From assembly GCA_039714235.1 (NCBI GenBank), contig JBDLJS010000001.1:17595-81594 (forward strand): a stretch of 64,000 nt of DNA, given 5' to 3'. A model generated the notes under the pieces. The model was given only the letters and a program-made list of their open reading frames with translations. It did no database searches and was not told the DNA's origin. Each line of letters opens with the position of its first letter. Positions within the stretch are counted from its first letter, which is position 1. The DNA is from Bacteroidota bacterium. Lineage in GTDB: Bacteria > Bacteroidota > Bacteroidia > Bacteroidales > Prolixibacteraceae. A program made the translations under genes and the position numbers. Positions 38,471 to 49,396 of the stretch are shown piece by piece.

Positions 38471-41400
38471 TTAAATCAGGTTTTCATTTATTAATAAATC
38501 AATATGTATTTTTAAAATTTCTATTTCGGCTACCATCTTTTGGTAAGCAGCAATATACTCTTTCATCTGGTCGCTAAATATTACTTCCTGTTGTTTAAGC
38601 ATAGTTAGCACCTCGAGTATCTGCCCCAAAATATTATTTATCATATCCTGGAACTCTTTTATTGTTTCGTTATTCTGACATCCCAGAATATTGTAGAATA
38701 ACCTCAGTTGTAATTCGAACAGTTGTACAAGTTGTGTAAATGCCACTTTTTGACGTTCCCTGTCGGTAGAGGCAATGGTCTCTGCTGTTTGCATTAATAG
38801 CTTAATAAACATTTCTTCAAGTTGACCATTGGCACCACCTTTTAAGAATAAATCAACCTGGTCGAGCACTCCTTCTTTAAAATCGGCAGTTCCACCATAA
38901 ATCTGTGCTGTTTGATTCCAGATATCCACAACGATATCTTCAGGGTTAATGGCATGCAGCACTTTATGGTCAGCTGCCATTGCTGCTTTAGTTTCGTCGA
39001 TGCAGGTATTTACCGGTGGTTCCTCGATGTATTTAGTATTAAATACTATTTCTTTGGTTTGAGATGTGGGGCAAACTTCGGCACCCCGTGCTGCCAAACT
39101 TAATTTCCATTCGGCCGGACTATCTGGAGTCAGCTCAATTTGTACTGGATCTAATGTGTTGCGTTCGAATTTATTTCCATTTACCGACCACTCAAAAGTG
39201 GTAGCATTGGTCGACTGGTTAGTAAGTACCAGAGTGTTATCTGCCTGTTCGGGTGTAAAAGCTGCTTTTGGTGCAGCCACAACCTGTACAGTAAACTCCG
39301 ATAATTCTCCATTAACATTAAAAGCAACGTCTCCCAAACCAGCATTTGCAGGAATAAAAACATATCCTCCCGAGCCATCCGGGATTACTCCTTCACCAGT
39401 TATTCCTACTCTAATATTAGCCGGAGTAACGGTAAATGAATAGGTATTTTTATCATTCTCGCAGAATTCTGTTGACGGAAGGCTAATGGTTAGTTTTACA
39501 GCCTCGAATTCGATAGAATGCTCAACAGTAGCTTTACAAATTCCGTTGGCTGCCGTTACATTTAGCGTTACAGTAACCTTATTATCTTCGTTAACCGGGA
39601 GTTTGTAAGTATGTGTAGGATTTCTTTCTGTTGAGGTGTTACCATCGCCAAAATCCCATAAAAATTTGGCTCCATCGAGATTAGTACCAGTTGGAACGAA
39701 AGTGTGTGTTGCCTCACTTGTTGGCCCTTCAGGTACGCTAAAATCGGCTTGAACTCCCATATAAACCGTTAATTCGGCATCGGTTACCTGGCTGTTTACT
39801 GTAAACCTGATTGGTTTTCCAAGCATATCTTCGGGGAAACTGTCGGGAACAATCAGCAGTCTGTTGCTTTCGATAGTTAGTCCTTCAGTTACCGGATCAG
39901 ACTGTACAACACCATCAGCCGGTGAAACTTCGAATAAAATTGGCTCAGTATCGGTTAACAAACAGTACCTATCTTTTTCGAGACGTAGTGTTGCCGGAGG
40001 TTTTGCAATTATATAATTAATTGGTGCACAGTCGGAACAGCACATGTAAGGTAATGCAAAATCGGCAACTACAGTATTGTTTGGCAACAGGGCAGGCGGA
40101 ACCACTTTCTCAAGCGATTCAATGTTACTAACTACCGCTCTGTAATCTTCATACTTTAATAAATCGGTGGCATTTCGCAGTAACAATGTTTTTTCTGCCG
40201 ACGTAAGTTTATCAATCATCAGCATCTCTTCTGAAACTGACTTCCTGCGTGTAAAAACATTTTTAGAAGCTTCCATTTCTGTTGCTTCTGCTTTCTCGAT
40301 TGCAAAACTCTTCTCTTTGTTATAATATACCAAAACAAAAGTACCACCAGGTTCTACACCTGCCAGATGTTCCAGCCCCGGATGGATTTCAATAAATTTT
40401 GAAAGCTGTAACCGAACCAGAATCTGTTCTTTCCGTTTATTCACCTCTTCGAGCAAAATTTCCAGTTTCTTACCCGAGCAACATACAGTTGATAATTGGT
40501 TAATTAAAAGTCCGATAAAGGCTCTCAGTCCGACAGAAAGATTAACTGACTGGTATCCTGCTTTTAATTTCTTAACCAGTTCGCAGAGTTGTGCGAGCGA
40601 TAATTTGTAATCTGTAACTTTTGTTGTATCGACAACCGCTACAGCTACAGGCATGCGCTGTGTAAGAACGTGAGTATGAGCCATTAATTCAACCCCTTTT
40701 TCAACAATAAATGTTTTCATTTCCGGGTCAGCATTCCATGCTTCGGTATCTACTTTATCTTTTAATTTGTGTTGTGCACCGGCAATAATATCGTTAACCG
40801 AACCGCCCTTGTTTTCTTCGATGGCCAATTTCATTTCAATCCCAAGGGTATTTTCTGTGGTACTTAAATTATCTGAAACCACGCTGCTAACCATGTAAAC
40901 AGGCTGGTACGATTCTTTTACTACAGAGGTGGCTGCAGACATGGTTCGTGACTCTCCCACAGAAACATGAAGCTTCGCCCTTTTCTTAAGATCCAGTTCC
41001 GATTCCTTCACATTTGTTCCGGGCTCTGTTGTACTAAAACTGGAGAAGAAACTGGCTATCTGTGCCAGAATGCAATCCTGCTCGGCTGTCCAGGCTTTCA
41101 ACATAACTTTCAAATCCTCAAATTCACACTCGTAATCATCAATATCAAGGTTTTCGCGGTTTATGTTTATAGAGAGTGCTTTAACATCGAAAGACAAACC
41201 ATGTTGCGTTTTCAACTCATCAATTTTTTCCATCACATCGCGGTAATCCTTTCCCTGGTGTCCTTCAATTCGGAAAAAGTCGAATTTATCAATGTTATAC
41301 TCCAAAGGATTCCTGACTTGATCGGGTGATGACGCAATTTTATGATAGCTTAGATTGTGATCTCCCTCAAATCTTTTTGTTATTTCGTAGTTCCACAATT

Positions 41401-42679
41401 TTAACAGCGTATTATTCACCTTATAATAAAACGGTATAGCGCGTGTACTTAACTCAGTAAGTTTATTGGAAGGTGTTATTTTAATCTCGCCACTACCTAT
41501 TTTTATATCGTCTTTAAATATATTATAGTCAATTAATTTAAGCAATTTGGTTACCAGGTTTTTACATTTCTCTATCTTGTCCGATCCACAAGTTAATGCC
41601 GGCGATTTATAAAAGCTGTGTCTTAAATGTTTGGGTTCCTTATTTAATTCATCTAACCGGCCAAGCATCAAATGTTTTGGAAAGGCTGTAATGTCGGGAA
41701 AACAAATTTCCTTTAGTTCGAGAAGGAGTGATTTAATTTCATTGTAAGTATCTACAACATCTTTTAAAAAATCGTAACGGTACTGAACATCGAAAGGAAC
41801 CTTATACGCACTAAAATTTAAATCATTCTTTTTTAATTTACTTAAAGCTGCGTTTAATACAGAAGATGTGATTTTGAGCTGTAATATTGTTTTAAAATTC
41901 GTTACTATCTGATCTATTCCATCTGCCAGATCAGCCACAACACCACTTTTAATTGCCTCATAATAAGCACGTTTTAATTCCTCATATTTTGAAGAATTAA
42001 TTTGATTAAGCACCACACGTTTAACAGCAACCGATGGCAAATTAAAATAGTTATCGATAACGTTTTGTGAAGAAAAAACTGAATCGTTACCGGCAATATA
42101 CTCAGCATCGGTTTTTGACACCAAAAGCACCCTTAACCTGTTCACCTGCTCAATTCCCTGGTTATCGCAATCTATTGCCGTGCACAGGTCTCCCTCTTTT
42201 GGAAACGATTCGAGGTAAAGCAGAACAACCTTATCGTTAATATCGGGTAAACTGGTAAGGGGTTCCGAGTTCTCGGCCTCTTCGGGTAACAGTTCCCACA
42301 TATCGATTACCTCATAGTTTGTCCCAACCAGTTTTCTGAATGGCTGATAATTTGCCGAATCGTCGGTAAACGTTTTATAAAAAGAGTACCCGATTGGATT
42401 TTTTGCCAACTCTTTTAGCGGCGAACCTTCAATTGCTTTTTTAAGCAAAAGCAGGTCTCCGTCGGTTGTAACGCCTACACCTGGCGTAAGTGTTATTTTG
42501 TTGCTTGTTTTCGACACTTTAAAACCACAAACAATACCAACACCATGAAGGAAAACCCTGGTAATCCTGTCCTGGTCATCAAAATAATTGATAAACTCGT
42601 TTAACTGGTCTTTGGTTAATACCTGGTTATCGACAAACGTATGGTACTTGGTAGTAATTTCTTTTAATTTCGATGCCAT
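38471..42679 (-). CDS. Large Afp13-position baseplate/fibre-associated protein with PKD/Ig-like domains
   Basis: N-terminal F..NQVLT..QLN...YF..QDR.TR..L.GVGIVCG, central GLEHLAGV.PGGTFVLVY and VVADFALPYMCCSDC, PKD motif FLWDFGDGNTSTERNPTHTY. Confidence 0.7.
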   Translation of the reverse strand: MASKLKEITTKYHTFVDNQVLTKDQLNEFINYFDDQDRITRVFLHGVGIVCGFKVSKTSNKITLTPGVGVTTDGDLLLLKKAIEGSPLKELAKNPIGYSFYKTFTDDSANYQPFRKLVGTNYEVIDMWELLPEEAENSEPLTSLPDINDKVVLLYLESFPKEGDLCTAIDCDNQGIEQVNRLRVLLVSKTDAEYIAGNDSVFSSQNVIDNYFNLPSVAVKRVVLNQINSSKYEELKRAYYEAIKSGVVADLADGIDQIVTNFKTILQLKITSSVLNAALSKLKKNDLNFSAYKVPFDVQYRYDFLKDVVDTYNEIKSLLLELKEICFPDITAFPKHLMLGRLDELNKEPKHLRHSFYKSPALTCGSDKIEKCKNLVTKLLKLIDYNIFKDDIKIGSGEIKITPSNKLTELSTRAIPFYYKVNNTLLKLWNYEITKRFEGDHNLSYHKIASSPDQVRNPLEYNIDKFDFFRIEGHQGKDYRDVMEKIDELKTQHGLSFDVKALSININRENLDIDDYECEFEDLKVMLKAWTAEQDCILAQIASFFSSFSTTEPGTNVKESELDLKKRAKLHVSVGESRTMSAATSVVKESYQPVYMVSSVVSDNLSTTENTLGIEMKLAIEENKGGSVNDIIAGAQHKLKDKVDTEAWNADPEMKTFIVEKGVELMAHTHVLTQRMPVAVAVVDTTKVTDYKLSLAQLCELVKKLKAGYQSVNLSVGLRAFIGLLINQLSTVCCSGKKLEILLEEVNKRKEQILVRLQLSKFIEIHPGLEHLAGVEPGGTFVLVYYNKEKSFAIEKAEATEMEASKNVFTRRKSVSEEMLMIDKLTSAEKTLLLRNATDLLKYEDYRAVVSNIESLEKVVPPALLPNNTVVADFALPYMCCSDCAPINYIIAKPPATLRLEKDRYCLLTDTEPILFEVSPADGVVQSDPVTEGLTIESNRLLIVPDSFPEDMLGKPIRFTVNSQVTDAELTVYMGVQADFSVPEGPTSEATHTFVPTGTNLDGAKFLWDFGDGNTSTERNPTHTYKLPVNEDNKVTVTLNVTAANGICKATVEHSIEFEAVKLTISLPSTEFCENDKNTYSFTVTPANIRVGITGEGVIPDGSGGYVFIPANAGLGDVAFNVNGELSEFTVQVVAAPKAAFTPEQADNTLVLTNQSTNATTFEWSVNGNKFERNTLDPVQIELTPDSPAEWKLSLAARGAEVCPTSQTKEIVFNTKYIEEPPVNTCIDETKAAMAADHKVLHAINPEDIVVDIWNQTAQIYGGTADFKEGVLDQVDLFLKGGANGQLEEMFIKLLMQTAETIASTDRERQKVAFTQLVQLFELQLRLFYNILGCQNNETIKEFQDMINNILGQILEVLTMLKQQEVIFSDQMKEYIAAYQKMVAEIEILKIHIDLLINENLI

Positions 42680-42690
42680 CGCTTTTGTAA

Positions 42691-45450
42691 TTAAAGGTTT
42701 CCAATATTTGTTTGACCTAAAATAATCCTGCCTTCCAGCGAATCTTCTTCATCTTCACAATCGATAAGCCTTCCGGTTGGATAAATGGTATTCAGTTCTG
42801 TTAATATATCAATCAGATTCTTCAGTTTTGTTTCATCCTGTTGTTGCCCTGAGTTGGTTTTGGTAAGCAAAAACTCTTTATATGCTTTTTCAAACAGCAT
42901 CATTTCGTTTTCAGTATCGGGCACATTATTTTTTCGGTCTCCAATCCAGCAGATGCGGGCAAGTACGTGCGCCGGAAGTTCTTTCCTTATCAGGTCTTCC
43001 ATAAAGTTCCTGAAATCGGGATCGGCAAACCGGAAAGTCCAGCCCGGGAGAACTACTGTTACCCTGTACGAATACGGATCGATTGGTTCGCAGCTTTCGC
43101 AATCTTCGGTACAAACAGGCATAAACTGCGACTGCAACCCGGTTTCGCTGGTAACATCGGGGCGAAGCAGAATGTGCTCTACTATAAACATTCCTTCATC
43201 GGCAAAATCTTTGATAAAAAACCGGATGATTTCAAGCATTGCAGCTTTCAGGTCATCCAGTGTATCGTAGTAAAGAAATTGCCTTGCAATTATGCGGTCG
43301 GTACTTGCCGGGGCAGCTTCCAGATTTATTACATCGAATGAATATTTTCCTTCAAGTGAAACCTGAACCTCAAAATTTCCGATTTCCGTTTCGTCGGTAA
43401 CTTCGCCCTCAAAGGCTTGCTGAATGGTTTCGACGGGAGTTTCAATTACTTTCACAATCGCCTCGTATAATTCGTCTTCGGCTAAACGGGGTGTTTTGTA
43501 ATCTTCTGTTGCCGAAAGAATATAAACTCCTCCACCATCTTTAACATGCCATCGGTAAACCGTTTCCCCTCCCGAATCGATTAAGTCGTAAATCTCCACA
43601 AACGTTTCGGAAAGATTGCGGCGTTTATAATCTTTCATACCACATAGCCGGGCAATTCGTTTTTGCGCACCGTCAATATTATCGGTGTCCCATAAATCGG
43701 CTTCTGCCTGTTCGAAATAGTTAAAAGCACTTCCCCTCCAGTTACTTATTCCTTTGTTGGTTATATTTCCTTCATCATCGGTAATTTCGCCATATTCCGA
43801 CATGAATAACTCTTTATCGGTAATAACCAGTTTATCAGCAGAAGTTCCGTAAAGTTCTTTCATAAGGAATGAGTACTCGCTGAATTTCTCAGCAAAACGG
43901 GCAATCAGGTGATCCAATAATTTATTTTTTCTGGAAATGTTGTCATCCAGTTTTGCAAGCAGCTTTTGTGTTAACTCATCATCATCTTCGGGATAATCAT
44001 CAACTAAATCATCGAAATCTTTAATGTCGTTAACTGCCTGAGTAAAATAGGTTTTAGCAAGTGTCTGGTCAACCGACAGCAGGTCTTTCACTTTTTCGAG
44101 ATGGGCAAAATAGGTAGCAAAAATCTGGTCGAAAAATAAAAGGTATGCTTTCAGTTGTTTGGCTTGTGCCTTACGTTCAACCGTTGCCCGCGACGGTAAA
44201 CCAACCTGACCTATTCCATAAGTTTCAGGAAAGCCGTTCTGAATTGTAGTAGTTTCTCCGGTGCTGAGATACTCGCCCTGCGGAACATTTATTTTCATTC
44301 CAACTTTAGCCAGCTCCTGTTTATCCTTTTCAGCAGCCTCCAGTTTTTCGATATACGATTTTACTGTTTTACTGTTAACATTAACCGGCAAAACTCCTTT
44401 GTAATAGCTGAATGCACTTAGGTCGCAGCGAACCGGTTTTTCACCCGGATTTACGCAGATGAGCCATTCATCTGTCTCTTCGTCCGGATCTAAACAGTCG
44501 TTTATCGAGATATCTTTGATAACTTTCACACCTTTAATATTCATTATCAACTGAACCAGGTCTGACAGACGCACTTCTGTTCGTAGCCTGGCATTTTCCA
44601 ATTCTGTTGGATCGAGAAATCCGTTTGTGAGTGTTGGCCCTTCAAAAGTCTGGTCGGTAGTGTACCCCTTGCCGAACATTTGCTGAAGTGAATAAAACCA
44701 GAGGTCGGGCGAAAAGTATTTATCGATAGCCCTTAAAACCTGAGCATGAACGTACTCTTCATCCGTTTCCGGTTCCAATTCAATGCTGGCACAAACTTCA
44801 ATGGGGTGGGTTTTAACCTCCTCTACCTCAATTAAATCTTCGCACAAATTCCGATTCTGATGATAAATATTAATTATCTCATCTTTAATCCTTTCCAGCT
44901 CGGCAGTTTTATCGGCAGGTGTCGGAAATTCCTCATCATCCAGCTCATCAAAATCGACGATAATTGAGTACAGGCCATTCAGAACGAATTGTGATTTGTG
45001 GTCGTCAATATCCTCATCAAAATCACTTTCATCGTAAGAGAGTAAATCGTTTTTACAATCTACGTGAACTGTTTTTTCAAACTTTTGTAACCAGCAGTTT
45101 TTAACACCTTCAATATCGATAAAAAGCTTTCGGTAATCGTTTTCTGTAACCGGTTTCGAAGGTAAAATCTGCAAGGCATTAAAAAACTGGCTTTCAATGG
45201 CGCTACTGCTGTCGGCAGGGGTAAGGATATTCTCCAATGGCATAGAAATACGCATACCTAAATCGGTAATTGCATAACACAACATTTCGAGTATTGTTAT
45301 ACCCGGATCGTGTGTATTATAATCGGTCCACAGGTTGCTGGACAGATTCTCGATATATTCCAATCCTTTTTCCTTAAGAAAATTATAATCCAAATCGTTA
45401 CCTGTGGCAACGTCTTTTGGAATGGTAATATGTTTTCCTACGTTTGACAT
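42691..45450 (-). CDS. CIS baseplate wedge protein (Afp12-like)
   Basis: Start MSNVGK (45450). WTDYNTHDPGITILE.LCYAITDLG, RNLCED, LLDHLIARFAE.F, EGMFIVEHILLRP, DPYSYRVTVVLPGW, ELPAH. Confidence 0.85.
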   Translation of the reverse strand: MSNVGKHITIPKDVATGNDLDYNFLKEKGLEYIENLSSNLWTDYNTHDPGITILEMLCYAITDLGMRISMPLENILTPADSSSAIESQFFNALQILPSKPVTENDYRKLFIDIEGVKNCWLQKFEKTVHVDCKNDLLSYDESDFDEDIDDHKSQFVLNGLYSIIVDFDELDDEEFPTPADKTAELERIKDEIINIYHQNRNLCEDLIEVEEVKTHPIEVCASIELEPETDEEYVHAQVLRAIDKYFSPDLWFYSLQQMFGKGYTTDQTFEGPTLTNGFLDPTELENARLRTEVRLSDLVQLIMNIKGVKVIKDISINDCLDPDEETDEWLICVNPGEKPVRCDLSAFSYYKGVLPVNVNSKTVKSYIEKLEAAEKDKQELAKVGMKINVPQGEYLSTGETTTIQNGFPETYGIGQVGLPSRATVERKAQAKQLKAYLLFFDQIFATYFAHLEKVKDLLSVDQTLAKTYFTQAVNDIKDFDDLVDDYPEDDDELTQKLLAKLDDNISRKNKLLDHLIARFAEKFSEYSFLMKELYGTSADKLVITDKELFMSEYGEITDDEGNITNKGISNWRGSAFNYFEQAEADLWDTDNIDGAQKRIARLCGMKDYKRRNLSETFVEIYDLIDSGGETVYRWHVKDGGGVYILSATEDYKTPRLAEDELYEAIVKVIETPVETIQQAFEGEVTDETEIGNFEVQVSLEGKYSFDVINLEAAPASTDRIIARQFLYYDTLDDLKAAMLEIIRFFIKDFADEGMFIVEHILLRPDVTSETGLQSQFMPVCTEDCESCEPIDPYSYRVTVVLPGWTFRFADPDFRNFMEDLIRKELPAHVLARICWIGDRKNNVPDTENEMMLFEKAYKEFLLTKTNSGQQQDETKLKNLIDILTELNTIYPTGRLIDCEDEEDSLEGRIILGQTNIGNL

Positions 45451-48400
45451 TCTTCTGCAGGTTCGATAGTTATATTTGTACAATCATTTCCGGCATCCTT
45501 TACATCATGAGCTTTCGCCGATACCAAAATCGCTTCAGGACTTGATGGAATGGCAACATTTACTTCTATTTCAGTACTGGTTGCTGCCTTTTTATGAAAT
45601 AGTTTAACATCGGTTACAAAATCGACATAGTCGAGCTTTTCTACATAATATATTACTACACTTTTATGCAGCGAAATTCCGAACTGAATGGCAGCTGTAT
45701 TATCAAAAGCCCAGGGAGAAAGCAACTTTGTAAGGTCTTGATCCAGTACTGTTTTATAATACGCTTCGTCGAAACCTTTATAAAACTTAACTTTCAGCTC
45801 AACCCTGACTTCTTCATATTCAGGATTGATAACACTTACACGTAATAATAACGAATTCAACTTCTGCAAAAACTTCTGGATTTTGTTTAATGTTGCTTTA
45901 CTAACCCTGGGCTGGTATATATCGAAAACATTCTTATTTACAATATCAGGAATTACCACCAGCATAACACTTCCGGGCGACAGGTATTTTGTAGTTCTCG
46001 TTCCTCCGGAGATGTTTGTGCAGGTGTGATTTAAACATTTGACTTTATATATTTCCGGGAAATTCTGCAGTACCAGGTGTTCGTAATCCCAAACTGTAAT
46101 GGCCCGGTTTTTATGCCTCAACCGTTCGCTAATTCTTCTGTAATAGTCTGAATCCGATTCTTCGGGCTTACCATCAAATGAATTGTAAGGCTGAGAAAGT
46201 CCCTTTACTTTAGGAATACGGTTTACCAGTTTCGATATGGTTTTGGCGGGCAATCCATCCTCCAGGTGCGAAAGGTCGTTGTTGTTATCGGCAAACTGAG
46301 CAACCACGGCCTGTGCATGTATTCCAATTACTTTTGAAACCGCATCGAAATTTTTATGTATCCTGACTTTTAGCCAGATATATCCTGATGGCAACAAGGT
46401 ATTATCGTCGGTTGCTTCTTTGGGTACCGTAAACTTAAATATGCCCGATTTAAGGAAATTATCGATATCGTTGGATATAATTTCGGTAGTATCTAATTCC
46501 TTCCATTCGTTGGTACACAATACCCACCACTCTGCTTTTTGTTTGCCTTCGAACGATTCTGCTTCTGGGTTTTCGCTGCCCTCCAGCGCCTGAATCAGCA
46601 ACGAAACTGTTTGTTTAGGTTCGGCATTTTCTAGCCCTATATACAATTCGCCACCTTTACAATAGGTTGGAACCAGGTTTAGCACAGGATTTTCACCTTC
46701 TTTAAAAAATGCGTAATCTTCTTTTAAGTCAAGGCACTCTTCGCTTTGTCCGAAAGGGTGTTCGTGGTAAAGCGTTAAATCTTTTTTATCATATTCATCA
46801 GTAGCTGTATCGATTTTTGCCGATGCAGAATAATCGAGTTTAATTTCTTCAACAAACGGAGTATAAGGTTCGTTGGGAATAAGCACATTGTTATCATCGC
46901 TGCTCATAGCCAAGGCATAAAGCCGGGGATACATATTATGTTTAAAATCTTCGTTAATAGACAAACGAATCGGTCCTACATCTTCTTCTCCCAGATCAGG
47001 ATTGGCAACGTCGAAGTTCATTTCATACAATCCATCAGCTTGCTTTTCAAACATAACTTCCGTATTACTTACGCTGTTCCAATCCTCTTTCTGATTAACC
47101 TCAATTTTTGCGGTAAAATAATTATCATTTTCAACTATTAAATTGATGTATTGAATAGTTTGCATGGCCGATTCTGTTGAAGCCGATATCGTGTCAATTG
47201 CTTCTGCTACAACCACGTCAGGCATAATTAAATCCAGGTATTCCTGAGTAAGTATTCCCTCTAAATAATCTGCAACACTTAATTTTGCGTTAAATGAAGA
47301 ACGATAAGCTGCGTACCATTCTCGAAAGTTATTGGGTGTATTTTTCCATTCAATATTAACACTCAATTTGTCCCACTTCTTTTTATATAATTCTGCATAA
47401 TCGATATAAAACTTCGATTTTTTTACAGGTTGAGTGCCAAACGGATAAAATGGTTTTTCGGCATTAATCGTACCTATATCATTTGACAGAGTAAGACTTT
47501 TTACGTCGCGAACAGTAACATCAACCTGCAAAGTTGAAATTGTTTTCTGAACTATTTCGCGAAACAGTTTATGCCCGGTTTCATTTTCAGTTTTTATTAT
47601 AACCCTGCATACCGGCAACTCGGAATCGAAATTTTCTGAATAGATCTTTGAGTCGTATCCGACAACTGCCTCTTCTTCCTTTGATATTTGAAAAGCAATT
47701 TTCAGGATCTTTAAATCAGCACTATCAGAGCCTGATGAGAATTCGGAATTATTTATTACATCGAACGTTCCCAGCCAATCTTTTTCGCCTGTGCAGTATA
47801 TTTCTAAATTTTCATATAAATCGTTGAACGAAACTGAGTTTGACAATTCGTTATTAAACTTCATTGTAATCTGCACATTTCGTTCACCTTCCAGTAATTC
47901 AAATATTTCTCCCGACAAGGCAAAACCGATTTTTGCATCGTCCAGTTCGGGATACTCGCGGGTATCGGGTGCTGTTCCTGTTGGAGGAGTTTCATAATAA
48001 CCAAAAGGCCACCATTTTATATCGTCATCCGGAAAATCCTCCCCTTTCCCGTTGTAAGAGTTAGCAGTAGCTGCTGCTTTTAATTTTTGATTTGTATGAT
48101 CGTTATAAACATTTTTCAGCAGCGAAACTTTTGCCTGATTGGCTACCAGTTCATCGTTTGTTTCATAAATAAGTTTATTGCCGGCAGTATCTTTTCCTCC
48201 GTCCAGTTGAGTTTCTTTTGCTATTTTTTCTGTAACACAATTTTTTGCCAGTTCAAATATGGCGTGGACTTTATCGGGGGTAGCTGGTTGTTTTTCTAAT
48301 TTAAGAACCTTTTTATAATAAAAATCGAGGTGTCGTTTGTTTATCTTATTAAACCTTTGTTTTGATATTTCAAGAAGTTTTACAAAGCTTACAAACAATG

Positions 48401-48680
48401 CGATGTGCGGTGTAATATTTTTTCCATCGCTTACCTCTTTTATAAAATCATCCAACTCTGTGTCCGACTTAAAAAAGTCCTCCCAGTTACCAGAAGGTGT
48501 CTTACTGTTTTCAGTCCCGAAATAGTTGACGTGCGATGCAAAATTATATGCGAATTGCATCCACTCTTCTAAACCGAATTCGTTGAGCTTCACCGAGGTT
48601 GGATCCAGCGCTTCGATAAGACGCTGTTGTTGCTCAGTTCCTTCGCGAGATAATAATATGTCTTTTCCGCAATTTGCCAT
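45438..48680 (-). CDS. CIS baseplate J/gp6-like protein (Afp11-like)
   Basis: PHIALF, HLDFYYKKVL, GGELYIGL, SFDGKPEESD..YY.RISERLRHKNRAIT.WDYEHLVLQNFP. Confidence 0.88.
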   Translation of the reverse strand: MANCGKDILLSREGTEQQQRLIEALDPTSVKLNEFGLEEWMQFAYNFASHVNYFGTENSKTPSGNWEDFFKSDTELDDFIKEVSDGKNITPHIALFVSFVKLLEISKQRFNKINKRHLDFYYKKVLKLEKQPATPDKVHAIFELAKNCVTEKIAKETQLDGGKDTAGNKLIYETNDELVANQAKVSLLKNVYNDHTNQKLKAAATANSYNGKGEDFPDDDIKWWPFGYYETPPTGTAPDTREYPELDDAKIGFALSGEIFELLEGERNVQITMKFNNELSNSVSFNDLYENLEIYCTGEKDWLGTFDVINNSEFSSGSDSADLKILKIAFQISKEEEAVVGYDSKIYSENFDSELPVCRVIIKTENETGHKLFREIVQKTISTLQVDVTVRDVKSLTLSNDIGTINAEKPFYPFGTQPVKKSKFYIDYAELYKKKWDKLSVNIEWKNTPNNFREWYAAYRSSFNAKLSVADYLEGILTQEYLDLIMPDVVVAEAIDTISASTESAMQTIQYINLIVENDNYFTAKIEVNQKEDWNSVSNTEVMFEKQADGLYEMNFDVANPDLGEEDVGPIRLSINEDFKHNMYPRLYALAMSSDDNNVLIPNEPYTPFVEEIKLDYSASAKIDTATDEYDKKDLTLYHEHPFGQSEECLDLKEDYAFFKEGENPVLNLVPTYCKGGELYIGLENAEPKQTVSLLIQALEGSENPEAESFEGKQKAEWWVLCTNEWKELDTTEIISNDIDNFLKSGIFKFTVPKEATDDNTLLPSGYIWLKVRIHKNFDAVSKVIGIHAQAVVAQFADNNNDLSHLEDGLPAKTISKLVNRIPKVKGLSQPYNSFDGKPEESDSDYYRRISERLRHKNRAITVWDYEHLVLQNFPEIYKVKCLNHTCTNISGGTRTTKYLSPGSVMLVVIPDIVNKNVFDIYQPRVSKATLNKIQKFLQKLNSLLLRVSVINPEYEEVRVELKVKFYKGFDEAYYKTVLDQDLTKLLSPWAFDNTAAIQFGISLHKSVVIYYVEKLDYVDFVTDVKLFHKKAATSTEIEVNVAIPSSPEAILVSAKAHDVKDAGNDCTNITIEPAEECQT

Positions 48681-48691
48681 TTATACACTGT

Positions 48692-49102
48692 TTATATTTC
48701 GCTGCCTTCTTCTTTATAAAATGGGAATACCATGTTTTTCCTTGAATTGGTCGCCCTTATGGTGTATTCGATATTTATAAGCAGTTCGCCCTGTAATTCG
48801 TTGGTCGGATCAATGGATATTGTATTTACATCTATACGTGGCTCGTGATAGAGAATGGCTGTTTTAATTAAATCGATTATGTAAGTTTTTACAGTAAGAT
48901 TCAACGGGCTGAAAACCATTTCATCCAGATTACATCCATAACCGGGAACCATAACACGCTCACCGAGCCGGGTAGAAAGTAAGATCTTGAGGCTGCTTTT
49001 TATATCCGCCTCATCCTGAATCATTTCCACCATTTTGGTTTCCTTCTGAAACTTCGGTGGAAAACTCCAGCCCCTCCCTAAAAATGAGTTGTTCGATTCC
49101 AT
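48692..49102 (-). CDS. gp25/GPW-like baseplate protein (Afp9-like)
   Basis: FLGRGWSFPP, DIKSSLKILLSTRLGERVM.PGYGC, HEPRI, NSRKNMVFPFY. Confidence 0.92.
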   Translation of the reverse strand: MESNNSFLGRGWSFPPKFQKETKMVEMIQDEADIKSSLKILLSTRLGERVMVPGYGCNLDEMVFSPLNLTVKTYIIDLIKTAILYHEPRIDVNTISIDPTNELQGELLINIEYTIRATNSRKNMVFPFYKEEGSEI

Positions 49103-49105
49103 TGT

Positions 49106-49396
49106 TTAACCTCCAATATTTACTGTCGGGCATCCAATTACTATTGTACCGCCATGGGCAGTCATATCTCCAAGTCGTGCTGCAGGCATTCCACCAATCA
49201 TTACTGTACCCGAGCCCATAACAATTGTATCCGGCGGGCCTGTACAAATAGCCATGTCGCCTACCCTTGCTGCCGGCATTCCACCAATCATAACCGTTGG
49301 GCAACCGGGTGGTAGGATCGGACCACCAACATGCGGAACTACTCCTGTAACCATCGGACAGGTATGCATATCGTTTATTCGTGCTGCTAATCCCAT
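49106..49396 (-). CDS. PAAR spike tip protein (Afp10-like)
   Basis: Three (P)AAR repeats: AARIND, PAARVGD, PAARLGD. No C-terminal extension. Confidence 0.95.
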   Translation of the reverse strand: MGLAARINDMHTCPMVTGVVPHVGGPILPPGCPTVMIGGMPAARVGDMAICTGPPDTIVMGSGTVMIGGMPAARLGDMTAHGGTIVIGCPTVNIGG

